64,000 nt of DNA. It comes from Eutreptiella sp. 'Long Island Sound 2002' (Eukaryota > Protista > Euglenida). The stretch covers positions 13,950,001 through 14,014,000 of the forward strand of contig OZ038378.1 of assembly GCA_964036045.1 (NCBI GenBank). The letters are read 5' to 3'. Position numbers and translations under genes: made by a program. The stretch's first letter is position 1, and the number at the start of each line of letters is the position of its first letter. This document shows positions 22,871-35,716 of the stretch, in pieces. Under the pieces are notes generated by a model. The model was not told the DNA's origin, did no database searches, and worked only from the letters and a program-made list of their open reading frames with translations.

Positions 22871-23786
22871 GTGCCATTGGTGTCCGTGGAGCGTCGGGCG
22901 CCCTCGTCACCCGTGGACTCCTGAGGCCGGCACCTTTGACAACTAACTATTGGCCGGAGGCCGCCTAAGGGGGGGGGAGGAGGGTGGTAGTTGGCGTCCT
23001 AGGACCTGCGGAGTCGCATCGTTGCCACATACTAGACCAAGACACTTGAGACAGCACTGCTTTGGACGAAGGCCTCCTGTCAGTCACATATGCGGTGCTG
23101 CTGCACCAGAACAAAGCATGACACACATTCAGGAGGTGGCATCCCGGTTGGCAGCAGTGCACATACAGACTGTGGTGTAGTTCTGTCACCATTGGTTGCT
23201 GGTTCTGCACAAGGGTACTGCTGAACAGTCAGGAAGCTGACCTCAATTGTCAATCACTGAGGGTACGTGGTGGTACCGCTTACACAGAGACCCTTATGAC
23301 ACTATGAGGCACAGCAGCTAGGCCGCACATGGCCACAGAGCCTCCAGCACGCAGAAGCCTGCCGTTTCTTCGCCTTGAAACAACATCAAACGAATCGTTC
23401 AGCCGCGAGTCGATCGTCCACTGAGTGCAGTGGAAGAACACGTCGCCATGCATTTGCCATGGACAACGTCTGGTCCGTTTGGCAGCATGTATGCACTGCC
23501 GCAGCATACATCCGTGCCACCACTCTGTTGAAGATCGGGGACTTGCATCGAATTCCAGGGATTGCACTGCTTTGCAATGTTCAGAAGAATACACCAGGCC
23601 GTGTGTCCCAACAGGAAGTGCTGTGGCATACGGGCATGTGGTGTGTGTGCAATTCGTGCCTCCTTTGCCTGGTTCAATCGGCAGACATGTCACCATCCCA
23701 CAATCCAAAATGTCTGCAGGCCCAGAAAATATGGAAACATCTGGCTGCTCCCAACACTGTCATCTGCCACCATGTCAGGGAGGCGG

Positions 23787-24185
23787 TCAAAAATTGACTT
23801 TCACATGCAGGCCGCAATTTGTGCATCCAACGATATTGACGCCTTGGGCTCGCTCCTCCTGCGTGAGCACATAATCACCTCCACACCGGCACTCGTAAAA
23901 GTGCATCTGCTCTGCATCATCAAATGCCATTTCACTGAGAGCAACTTCATCGCTCACAGCGAAGATGGTTTGGTCCTCTTGCCACTGCCGCTTGCGGTCG
24001 TACTCCTGCCGTCGCCGGGGGGAGCTCAGAGCTTCGTAGGCCTCACGGATACGGCTGAATATTTCCACATCCCCAGATTTGTCGGGATGGTGTTTCAAGG
24101 CAAGAGATTGGAACGCACGCTTTAGGTCTTCGGCGGATATGTCAGGGGGTACCCCCAGGATACTGTACAGGTCATCAGAAGCCAT
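23787..24185 (-). CDS. DPH4: Diphthamide biosynthesis protein 4 (J-domain plus CSL zinc finger), intronless, 132 aa
   Basis: J-domain with HPD (DLYSILGV...LKHHPDK) followed by ECRCGG...GCTNC. An upstream ttgcag| could be a trans-splice acceptor. Confidence 0.92.
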   Translation of the reverse strand: MASDDLYSILGVPPDISAEDLKRAFQSLALKHHPDKSGDVEIFSRIREAYEALSSPRRRQEYDRKRQWQEDQTIFAVSDEVALSEMAFDDAEQMHFYECRCGGDYVLTQEERAQGVNIVGCTNCGLHVKVNF

Positions 24186-24342
24186 GCATTCGCTGCAACT
24201 GCAACAGCAGCAAAAAAAGATGCTGAAACACCATCAACAGCACATCTGCAGCTGGCATCAGCCACCTTGGACACTGGGGTCCATACAAATCCCAGTGCAG
24301 GGGCCTCACAGCCCCATTTCAGGAACCCCACCACACCCCCAG

Positions 24343-25165
24343 GGGGAATGTTTGCCCGGGTGCGCGCCCAGCGCATGCTCGGCGCGCTACCTTTGTATTA
24401 AGTATCGTATGTCTAGCCTCAAGTTTATCCCCACGGAGGGAAGTCCCCAAAGTAGGTCGCACTAGACCGCAAACCTTCCATGCAAAGCACGTTGCATAAG
24501 CCGAAATATGAGAATTCAACAACACAAAATGTCACTCCCACCACTTCTAACCACCACCCTTGCCATTGTCATAAACTGGGCGCAAAGGATGGGCCAGATT
24601 CTTAGACATGCGAGAAGGTACTCCAGATTGTTTGGTGAGGGGGGGCAAAAACAGGCACGGGTGGGGAATGGTAAAAAAAAAAGATGCTCGGTACGCTAAT
24701 ACCCCCCCCCCCAACGTAGGGAGGCTACAAAACTCAAAAGCCGGACCCAAAAACACAAAATTGACCCTTTGGCCACAGAAATCATTTGCACTAAGCGACA
24801 TACCTCTTCTGATTCAGGATTGTCAACTGATGATTTTGATGGGTCATTCGACGTTTTTGTAGTAAAACGATTTATGGCAAATTTTTGGCCATTTTGGCAT
24901 TCAAAAAATTCAATTGCCTTCTGCCAAAACACCTCAAAGCACCCCCCAACTGCCCTAAATTCAGTGCAAAAGGTGACTTTGCTACTGTCAAACAAGCCAG
25001 CCCTGGGGGGCAGGAGGCAGCAAAACATGTCCTTTTGCATCTGTGTACTATCACAATATTACACCGACCGGTTTGGAAGGCACCACAAGTACTAGAAGGA
25101 GCTCAAGGGGAAATCCTTGCACTACGTGCGCGTGCATTGCGCACCACTTTCCGACTAAATTCCCC
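24343..25165. mobile_element. Second MITE of the GGGGAAT family, CAG target duplication
   Basis: CAG|GGGGAATGTTTGCCC...TAAATTCCCC|CAG. The first ~160 bp resemble 16564-16720. Confidence 0.65.
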
Positions 25166-25399
25166 CAGAAGACCCTTTCCAAACGCACTCAAAATTGGGC
25201 CACTACCTTCCCTTCCCAAAAGACATCACGCAAAATGGAACAGGCCATGAACGACGATGGCCACCACCCCGGGCATAACACCCTCAACAACATGCAAGCT
25301 TCCTTTTGTTCAATTGTCAGCTAGATACAATCTCAAAATGAGCAACTTGTGTGCATAGCGTGACACATTTGCAGAATTAAATCATTGTCACTTTGTCAC

Positions 25400-26600
25400 A
25401 TGTGTGCATGTCAATACAATCCGCACAATATTTCAGCTAACACTTGTCGCACACGGACAACTTCTCAGGGTTAGACTTGGTGCAACAAAGCGCACATACA
25501 TCCCTGTCGTCACGCACAACATCCTCCTCAGCACTATCCTCCTCTGTATGTGCGGCCCATACATGGGCAAATATGCCTTCCCATGGACCATGTGGAGGGC
25601 ACCGTAGTTGTCTTCGAATCAAAAATTACTACAAGGGCAAGAGTACACGCACGTACGTTGCAAATCAGTACTGGACCCCCTCCATATGTTCCTTACAATG
25701 CCCTGATGCTAAATATGTGCCCTATAGAAACCATGAACATCATTGTACTTTTGACTGATAAATGGCACTACGATATGGCGGTGCCCCTTGTATGCACCAT
25801 CCATGGAGCCCACTTGATAATCCATATAATGTCCCTTAGATCATTTAGGCCCAACATCAAATAAGAACATCCGCCAATGTCCTTGGGGGGAAAGGACAAA
25901 TCCAAACAATGTTGCAGAGATAGCAACCGTTACTTTATATGCGCAACCGGCATACTTTGGATTGAAGAGGACATCACAAAGGATGCCCCTTATCGAAGCT
26001 ATGGTCATGTTGTGCACATAGTGTGACATAAGGAAAGTGTGGGACATGGTTCCACTCTGACAATCTTTCTGCCCATTGAATCTCGACAACAACACCATTC
26101 AAGTGAGACCGCACATGGTGCGTACTTGCCCACCACATAGACCTGCAACGTTTCGTGCACTGGTGAATACCTTTTGTCTGGGGGTGAAGAGAGTGAGCGC
26201 CCTTAATTTTCTTATGCAAACGGAACCATCTCAAGGATCGTATCTTCCGTTTGTTGGTCCATTTCTACCACCTAGCAACTTGTTTGCCCACGGGGGCCCT
26301 TACGAAAGGGGGCATTGTGGGCTGCTCTGTGTCCCACAATTCATTTGCAAGCTTGTCATCTGCATGTTGATCTTCAAGCAAGGCGGTTGCGTCAAATGCC
26401 ACACCCAAATGAGGGGAGACCGGCGATGCGGAACGCCTGCGTTGAGAGCTGTCACGCCCATCACCCATGGAGGCTGGCGAGTGAGCGAAACCAAAATTCT
26501 TGAAGGCGTCCAAAGCTCCTGAAGGCGTGAGAGTGAGGTTTGGTCGTTGGTGATCTCTAGACCATGATGGGTGTCGGTTGTCACCATGTGGGGAGGTGAC
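25400..26600 (-). pseudogene. Possible decayed pogo/Tc5-like transposase with a C-terminal PHD-like finger
   Basis: Fragments KVTVAISAT and MDGAYKGH, then an acidic patch followed by CALC...CDKC*..CADC. Heavily interrupted. Confidence 0.3.
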
Positions 26601-27399
26601 TTCCGCTACAACAAGGTCGCCCGTGGACTGGGTGTACTATGCTTTGAGGTGGAAACATGCTGTGGTGTCTAAAAAGAGGACAAACAAATTAATTGAAGCC
26701 CTTTAGAGAGCACCCTAGTAGTGTATCGCCATCATACCAAGGTTGGGGTGCCCTTGTAACAATTTCATGAGCACAGCACATGCAGGACCAACAAAAAGAA
26801 AAACAACGTGTGACTCTGGCACCCTTTTCACAAATTTTGGCCGCGGCAGCATCGTGTTTAGATGGGCAACAAACGGCATTAATGTAGCACCCGTCTTGTC
26901 CTATCCGGCCTCCCAAGGTGGAAATACATAAGATGGCCACCCTAGTTTGGGGTCTGAGTACTCCGGTCTCCTTGCTGGATTGTCAAACCTTGAGGTTAGA
27001 GCATCCCACACAAACATATGCACATCGTGGGCAGAAATCAATATGGCTACATAACCCTTGCCTTATCGGGGTCCCCAAAATGGTAGAAATCAATCTAGCC
27101 AACATAACCCTGTGCGGCGAAAATGAGCAAAACATGTGTGAAAAGGGGTAAAAATGGGGGAAAGGGGCTGAAAGTGGGTGAAAATACGAAGACGCCACAA
27201 CCCCAATGCGGAAGAAGCATCAAGAAATTGTTGTCAAACGACAATGATGCCCCTAGTATCACAAAGTAGGGGTTTCTAATACGGCCTGGCGCCCAAATAG
27301 TTGCACTGCACACGCACTGCACTCAGAGTGCCCAAAAAAAATTACAGCCCTAGGCCTGGGCCCTTTTCAAACATATCCCGACCAACCTCATAAAGAAGA

Positions 27400-27860
27400 T
27401 CCAAAACCGGCAAAACAAACGCCAACTTTGCGTCATTTTGGCCTAAATCACACACCCCACCGCCGCCATCCAACGCCCATATGCATTTCAACTAAATTGG
27501 GGGGGGTTTGCGGGGAGGGGGGGGGGGGGGTTGCGGGGCCGTGAAGCAATAGATGCAGAGCTCGCATATACCCCCATGTCACAGGCATATGGTCATTGCT
27601 ACAACTCTCCCAGTGCATTGTTTCACCTTGCGGGGAGGGGGAACGGGCAGGGGGGGGGGGTTCGGGCCCATTTTCCATACCCCTCCCCCCAACCATTTTC
27701 CCATGCACCTCCCCTGTCACCAAATGATCACCCAAACCTAGCCCAAGAGTCCCCACAGGATTCGTAGGAGTCACTCGAAATTCAATTTTTCAGCCAACCA
27801 GGCCATTTTGAGTGGAAATGGTGATTTTGCGTCTTTCAAATGGCCTTGACCGGCCAGAGG
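27400..27860. repeat. Dispersed modular repeat family B
   Basis: Carries aaatgatcacccaaacc and tttttcagccaacc modules shared with ~19010-19170, 36905-37390, 39245-39640 and 55735-57000. Confidence 0.7.
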
Positions 27861-30800
27861 CCGGGCTATAGGCTGCAAAAGATGTCCTTTTTGCATCCTA
27901 GGATGCGGATACTGTTGCAATATCTCTGATCCCACCCTTCAATGGCACAGGGTGCCTAAAGCCTCCCATAATGCCGACATAACAAAAATGGCTAAAAACT
28001 ACATAAATTACATTAACTCTCATGCCGGTACGCCTCACCAAACCCATGGAGTGGTACTGCAACAACACATTGTTGGCTGAAAAAAAATACATATAATGTA
28101 TTTTTTTAAAAAAAAAAAAAAAGCAAAAGATTTGTGATTTTTTTGCCTTTTTTGGATTGGTGAGTGGTGTGCGCTTCGTGTGCTTGTGTGCTCGCCTACA
28201 CAAACGGCGTTGGTACTCGCTTCAGTGGAACAGGACCAGGTTGAGTCCCCCCTTTGATTAGAACCCACCTGCATGTGGCGGTATGCCCACACACCCGGGG
28301 AGTACAGCCAAAGTGATACCCCTCCAACCCACCCCCGGGAGAACACAATAGACCCGTGACGCGAAGCAAGACATGCGAAAAGGCTAGGGGTGTTCGCACA
28401 GAGAGAAGAGACATCCATGCTATAGGGGCACAGTCGCACGTCACCACAGTACCAGAGCGCTCATACCTGATGGACTAGCAATGAGCACTAAGGGCCCAGA
28501 ATCTTACTGGTAGCAAGCAGTACCAGCTGGGTACATGTCAAATCGATCGACGTTCATGGCTGAAATTGCGAAAAACTGAAGTGTTCTGCATGATCCACGG
28601 TATAGTGGAGTGCTTTGGATGCAAGACGTGCGGAGTAATGCACAGCAATGCACCAATAAATCCCACCTTGTCCAACCAGTAGACACACAGAAGAAGCTCA
28701 ATATCCAACCTTCTAACTAAACTTGGAAAACTCAAAAGTGACAGCTTCCCCGCGCCCTTGGGGATTTCTCAAGGGTGGGTGCTAATCGAGGGGGTGGTAC
28801 ATCACCGTTTGCCCTCCCCAGTCATCTTCCATAGGCGCTGCGTCAAACTCGATGGTGATGGTGGAGCCAAGGAGGCTCAAGTGATGGTGCATGCGCCACA
28901 GCTTTGATCACCCACCCACCCTGGCAAGGAAAAGCGTGGTGTTGTCTCTGAATGGGATTTGATGATGTCTAGATGCCATACACTTTTTTTCCAATGTGTG
29001 ATTCCCCATCATCATTCTCCAATATCTACCAACGAAGGACACAAACGGGTGCAAATGGGTGAAGGGGGTGGGGGACTAGGTAAAAACAGGATAAGATTGA
29101 ACTATCAAATTCTCCCACAAACATGCAGAATCAAAATGTATCACATCAGCCTTTTTGGCCATTAATTAGATGTTGGCATGCTAGGCATTAGGGCGTGTTT
29201 GTTCGTGCACCACAGTTGCAATGGGAATGCCATGGACAATTGATAGTGCATGACTCCAGGGTCACACTACAACAATCCAATCCCCCCCACGCGCAGAGCC
29301 ACTGGGATCCCAAGCAGCACCTGGAAAACCAGCATGTAAGAATCTTGGGACGCATTGATTAGGGTTGCCAATATGGCGCCGTGCTGATTATGCATATTTT
29401 TGATTGTTTGTGTTGTTGTGGGGGCAAGCCTTTGTTGTGCGCACTAAGCATACTCTGAGTGCGAATTCCCCATTTTCAAGATCTCCAATTCATTAGAAAT
29501 CCACAGTAACCTGCCTTGGGGCGACACCGAAGGGGCACTTTGCATGCAATGCGCACCTTTTGTTTAGCACTGTACCAAAGGGTGTGGTGGCAGGTGCACG
29601 CACGGTGTGGCAGCTTTTTGATCTTTCTGGAGATTTTATCCGGTGAAACGGCCCTCTCAAAACCAATGTGGAAGGTGTGCCCAGGCGCCTGTGGGTGGTT
29701 CTTCTTATGGATACATCAAACCCAGAAGAGGATCGATGGAGTCCACCGCCCCATCATCATGACATATTTTCCACCTACAGATAGGAGGAAAGTGAAAATG
29801 GGTGAAACTTCCATATTCTCCATGGGGTAGAACTGCAACCATGCCTCCACTACCATGAAGTATCAGAGTGTTGCACGCACCGTGTGCACAGCGTGCAAAG
29901 TTTTTTGTGTCGGTTTACATGGGCGCTGCTTTTTGCCACAATGCAGGCTCACAAGCACAACGTTGTAGTAAGAGGTGGTGTGTTGGGGTGCCTGTAACTG
30001 CATCTTACCTTCTACCACATATTTCTGCATGTCATTGTGTCCCTAATGGTCACGGTTGCTGTCCCTCAGCTTGGATTTACTATGTCTTTGTCCTGGGTAA
30101 CTGTTGGTGCATATGTTTTCTGCCATCAACAACTGGAGGGAAATGATGACAAAAATGTCAAAAATGAGCAACAATTGGAGGATCAAATGACAAGAAGAGT
30201 ATCTGCTCATTGGAACAACGGCTTGTGACTTCCTGTGACATTACATGTTGCCTCCCCACTCAGGGAACAGTAACAGAGGCCATCTTCATGTACACTGGCT
30301 GCCTAAACATCCACCATGACAGAGCCCATCCTTCTCCATGAAATGCGGAAGGAATAAAACTAATCCAGCCTGAATGTGTGATGCTACTTACTCCACCCTT
30401 GCACAAACACAGCTCAGGTTAGGGCAAGCGAAACAGGGACCCTGTGCTTAGACAAAGCTGCCTTATGTGTGACAGGCAGGTATTTCATCATATCATCATA
30501 TCATAAGTTCCAAGCTGAATGTGCATTGCCCATCCACTCCAGCATGAATGTGGACTCATCACGGTCCCCGACCCATTTGCTGCACTGCAAGGAAAGCGGA
30601 AGGCCAACATGAGCAGCAACTAGTCTGTACATGCATGATCCGGCCTCTTTCTACTACAAAGGGTTCGCGGCCGTGCCATCCCCCAGTCTCAACAACACAC
30701 ACAGCCCCACCAAAAAAAGGCTCGTTAGAAGGTGTGGCCATGCTTAGACAAAGCCGGGCTTGAGTAAAGGGGTGGGGACCCTTGCCTTGCCGAAACCGCA

Positions 30801-31084
30801 TATGGAATTGCACGCGCAGGAATCATGCAACATGAAAAAACTCCTGTGACCAGAGGCATGCAGAGCAAATTGATGCTTCACAGCGATTGGAAAACAGCGA
30901 AGAGACAGGAGAGGTTGGTGGGTCCTCCCTGACTGTTTCATGCACAACTCAAGAAATTGCATTGCCATCTTCAGAACTCTTTGCCCATACAGCAGTGATG
31001 TAGCCAAGCAGCACACCAACCCATGCACAAAACACACTCAGGACGGGGGGATGCAGGGCTCAACGCCGCATGCAACACAACAAT

Positions 31085-32071
31085 TTACCCACCGAAGTTC
31101 TCCTCGAAATCCCCCTGAATCTCCTGGACCAGGACTCTCATGGATTTGTCCATGCCCCGAGGCACCGCCATGGCCATGGCCGCCGGGGGTAAGGGGGCTT
31201 CCCCGAGGTAGTAGATTGCCTGACGCACCTCATCAGCCCGAAACCCACTGAAGATAATCGTTGGGCGGGGGGTTTGCCAGAGCATGCTTGGCATTTGACC
31301 ATCCCTTTCGTCCATCTCCATCAGCACATCCCCCATCTTGCGATCTTGATCGGATCCTTCCAGAACCAGTATGGGCACAGGGCGTTCGATCTGGGCCTGC
31401 CTCACGACAACTTTCAAGGCTTTGACTTGTGACACATCCACCCCTGACACAAGAATTCCCAACGGTCCAAACGCCTCGAGGTCCTCCATAGGCACAAACT
31501 TCTCACTCTCTTCATCTGACACCAGATTGAGGGCTCGACGCACCCTATCCAAAAAACCAAGGATCAGAGGTGGGCTCCCAGCAGACTGCTTGCCAGCGTG
31601 TAACAGCAGGGCTGCCAGAAAAGCACCGGCAGCAAATACCATCAGCGAGGCTCGTGCAGCAAATGGGTACGAACCTTGATCCCATGCACCGTCCCAAATC
31701 TTTGGCTGCGGCCTGGGATGCAACAGACTGTCAGCAGCACTCGCCATCTGGTGTGCAGTTGTGCTGCCGAGCACTGCTGGGCGCTTAGGCAACAGTTTAT
31801 ACGGTTGCAGATTCGCAGCATTTGCGTGATCGTGTCCATACCATGAAGTCTTATGGTGCACTGCAGGGGCTTTTACACTCCTTGCTCGGAGTGCGGACAC
31901 GTGCAACCTTGTTTGTACCCTTGTGCCAGAAGCACTCAAGGCACTCCTTGTTGCCAGACTAATGACTCCACATGAAATTGCAATGCATACAAAGAGAAGC
32001 AGTGACTTCCATTGACCTGCAGCAGGAGTGGTTGCGTATGTTTCCCCCATCGATGACCACAAAACAGCCAT
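31085..32071 (-). CDS. Plastid-targeted DUF3783-like protein, intronless, 328 aa
   Basis: Start MAVLWSS follows cttcttatag|. Hydrophobic signal SLLLFVCIAISCGVISLA, a Ser/Arg/Ala-rich transit region, a second TM ASLMVFAAGAFLAALLLHA, then basic residues. The C-terminus PTIIFSGFRADEVRQAIYYL..PPAAMAMAVPRGMDKSMRVLVQEIQGDFEE matches the DUF3783 pattern. Confidence 0.82.
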   Translation of the reverse strand: MAVLWSSMGETYATTPAAGQWKSLLLFVCIAISCGVISLATRSALSASGTRVQTRLHVSALRARSVKAPAVHHKTSWYGHDHANAANLQPYKLLPKRPAVLGSTTAHQMASAADSLLHPRPQPKIWDGAWDQGSYPFAARASLMVFAAGAFLAALLLHAGKQSAGSPPLILGFLDRVRRALNLVSDEESEKFVPMEDLEAFGPLGILVSGVDVSQVKALKVVVRQAQIERPVPILVLEGSDQDRKMGDVLMEMDERDGQMPSMLWQTPRPTIIFSGFRADEVRQAIYYLGEAPLPPAAMAMAVPRGMDKSMRVLVQEIQGDFEENFGG

Positions 32072-33491
32072 TGATGGTGGTTTCTTGTAACAGCAGCTTC
32101 TATAAGAAGAAAGGGACAATGAGATCAATAGGAGTTGATGCAGTGCAATTTCTGGGAATAGAAATCGTTTGCTCTTCCTTTCCAGTGTACAGGCCCATAA
32201 AGGCACAAAACTGCGTACCCTGATTCACAAGATAGGTGCACATGACCTGACACCTGCTGGCAAGATGCGACATCCAAATGCAACACAAAAACCCATGCAC
32301 CACTATCCACTGAGCTGCCCAATTTACTGGAGACCTAGGTGGTAAAATGAGACATAGAAAAAAAACATACAACAGAAAAGGGAATCATGGATGGACCAAA
32401 AGCCAGCCAACTCACTATTGGCCCATCATCAGAAGGGGTACTATCAAAAGGAGGGCAAGAAATTTGAAGAAAACTCAAACCTATTTGATCCAGCCTTTGT
32501 TGTGGCGAGCCATGCATCCTGAATCCCCACGGGACTCGTGCCACTCCACAATGTTCCTCTACTGCCCCTTCGCCCTTGTAGAGGAAGCCTTTTCTTGGCA
32601 ACGGGGCCATGATGTCAGGTCTTCAAATAACGAGCACGATCCTGACTTCATGCCAGACTGACTGAATTACTCAATTGTAACACTGTTAGCGGCAACGGGG
32701 GGAGGGGGGGGCAGGTGAAACAAAAAAGGCAGGCACCCATTTTGGGGCAGAGGCACAACACCCAGTCAACGCCCAGGATGTTCCTCCAGTTGGGAAAAAA
32801 TTCATACGAAAGCGTTGCTTACGGGGGCCACATACAGCCCCCCATTGGTACTGGTAGTGGGAGCTACGGGTGCCATGGTGGTTCATGGAGGTCTAATTGT
32901 GGTTCCCGGGCCTTATGATCCTTGGTGACGTTCGCCTGCCTCTTTTAGTGTTGTTCTCTAGGGTCTCCCAAAACCTGTATGTTGAATAGCCAATTGATAT
33001 GGGGCCAAGGTTCACTGCATTTTAGGAGCACCACCATGTTCTCTGGGTCTCTAACACTCACAAAACCCGTACTATGAACAGCCAAATCATATGGTGCCAA
33101 GTTGCATTTGTGTTTTCGGGGTTATCATAGTGTTCTTTACCTGTTATCTCCTATTCCCCCTGGCATGCATAACCTTGAAATTGATTTTGCCACTGTCAAA
33201 CCTTGCTGTCCACGAAATATCCCATCAGTTGAGGGTTCCTTCACGTGCCACCGGGAATAATCATTGTTCCGATTCAAAGTCTTTACGTGGCTATCAATTG
33301 AAAATTTTTCAGAGAACTTGTTATCATGTCACGCATATGCAAGTGCATTGGTACCATGAAAGAAATAAGGGTGACTCCAAGGTGCGCTTAATCTAAAAGC
33401 CCTCTTTGAGTTGATTTCCCTGTGGGATAATTTTGCCTCTCTGTGCTCCCCTACCCACCCCTAGCTATCTCGCCATCCCTGAGGTCTCCTT

Positions 33492-33722
33492 CACACCGCC
33501 ATGAAGGTGCAGCAACACTTAAAGGGTGGAATCCTGCACGATGTTATGGTCTGCCATAGTGCGGCCATCCACCAACTGCTTACTCATTAAGATCAACCGC
33601 TGTTGGTCGAGTGGGATGCCCTCCTTGTCCTGGATCTTCACTTTTACATTGTCGATGGTGCTGTTGGACTCCACTTGCAGCATAATTGCCGTTTGTCTCA
33701 ATTTCCTCACAAATAGCTGCAT
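33492..33722 (-). pseudogene. Ubiquitin pseudogene
   Basis: MQLFVRKL...[58 protein letters not shown], with a premature TAA and many substitutions. Confidence 0.85.
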
Positions 33723-35593
33723 ACGTGTGCAGACGGGACAAAAGGACGTTGAACTGCTTTATGCGCTGATGTGATCACTCACTTATGCGAAAAATCAGAC
33801 AGCAAAAAAATTTGCAACTGGGCCAAGGCATACAGAGTTTGACAACCCCAAGACCTTGCCCATGTAACATGTAGCATTCCACAGGACATCGGTCAGGGTG
33901 TAGGGGTAGAAATCAACCTAGAAAAGAGTGGATGTGGTAGAAATGAGCAAAAAAGTGTGAAAGAGGGTGGAAATGGGTGAAACTGGATTAAAATCCATGG
34001 AAGAAGCATCAAAACCTACTCTCAAACAACAATTATGCTCCGATTATCACAAATTATGGGTCTCTAAAACGGCCAAACGCCCAAATAGTTGCACTGCGCG
34101 CACAGTGCGCTAAGTGCACCCCCTTTGATGCGGCTGACGGGCACACTTCTCACCAGAATGTCCCTTTGCCTTTTGCTTTGTTGAAACATGATTGACGCGA
34201 AATTGAGCGGCATACAATTTTGAGGCATTGGTCTATGGTTAACTTGGGGATAATGTGGAAACTGGACGAAACTTGTGTTACTTGGGTATGGTTATGTGTT
34301 GGGAATGGCTCAGTTGATGTAGCTGGGGGGCTGAATCTCGGGGCTCTGTTGTACTGCTAGTGTTTGGACAATGCCATAGTATTGGTGTATGGATGCTCAA
34401 ATGCATTTTGTTGCATGTAATGCGGTTTCCAGTCGCTGTATCGTGCACAACACCCAGTTCTTCGCTATCTATGGATGTTGATGGTTGACACATGCAAGGC
34501 TTCACTGGCACCCACTCTTCGGGCTGCAAATAACAGCTGTTTCCTGGCACCAGTTTGTAGCCAAGGTTTAAGCCATGCTTAGGTGGCGTTGCTACTTGAG
34601 AAGGGCAAGATACCCCGCACCAGCCCCATCCACGGGCAGATTGTGCTCAGTAGCAATGCTGGGACATGAGCCCATGTGATTGGCTGCGTTCGGTTGAGCT
34701 CAAGTTTGGCTGGGGCAAATTTTAGTTTAATTTGGGCTAGGCAGTGGCCAAGTGTTCCTGCCAGGCATGGCCAAAGAGGGAATGGGCCCCGATCTAGTCC
34801 CTCAGACAGTTAGGGGTGATGTGGCAGTATTCAGGCATGTGTCACCACAGTGCCAGGGCAATGAATCTGGGCAAGCACCACGCTGCCCTCTGACATTGGA
34901 AGTAAGAGTTGCTTGCAAACATTGAACATCTTGTGGAGTGCTTCGGCTTGCTGAAGTATGAACCTGCAATGTGAACAGGTGCTTGCTTTGTGCTGAACTG
35001 TATCTCAGACAGTCTGGTGCAATCAATGGCAAGACAAGCTTGCATTTGTCCAATTTATTTTGCACCCATAGCAGTGCCAGTATAGTTCTGCAGTTTAGGG
35101 TCAATATGTGCCTCGCCGCATAAGGGAGGACTTGTGCACAACGTCGTGTGCCTGGCTTTCCAAAGTCACATCGGCGCTACCTGTGCAGGTTTCCCATCCC
35201 ACTTACACAATGCGCCCAGCAGCCAGATTCACATATCCAGGGGCGAAACCATTCAGCAAACTGCCGCACCCCCCCTCCCACCCCAGTCCCTGCTCACACG
35301 TAAGCAACCCCCACACCCCTGAGGAAACATGGCCAAAATGATGCTATCACAACCCCATGTGGGGATGACCAGGGGATGCCTGGTACAAACAAGTGGCATA
35401 AGCAAAGCAAGGGCATAGGATGCACACACAATTAGTATGAAACCGTATCTGCCCACAGTCACCAAATGCCCGTATTTCAGAGAGGGTACATGCTTTCCAG
35501 ACAATAAGTGTTGCTTTGCCTGAGGTGTGGTTGAGCACAACATTCCGTCTGGGCAGTTGCTTGGTGTCAGCAATACCATAGGATTAAACAAAT

Positions 35594-35716
35594 AACAACG
35601 ACAACAACAACAACAACAAACAAACAAACAAACAAACAAACAAACAAACAAACAAACAAACAAACAAACAAACAAACAAACAAACAAACAAACAAACAAA
35701 CAAACAAAACAAACAA
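35594..35716. repeat. (AAC)n(AAAC)n compound microsatellite
   Basis: Read directly from the sequence. Confidence 0.97.

Noticed and set aside
28504-28720. GPCR-like TM3 (FAISAMNVDRF resembling DRY)
   Set aside because: It is an isolated short match with no other TM exons that could be linked.
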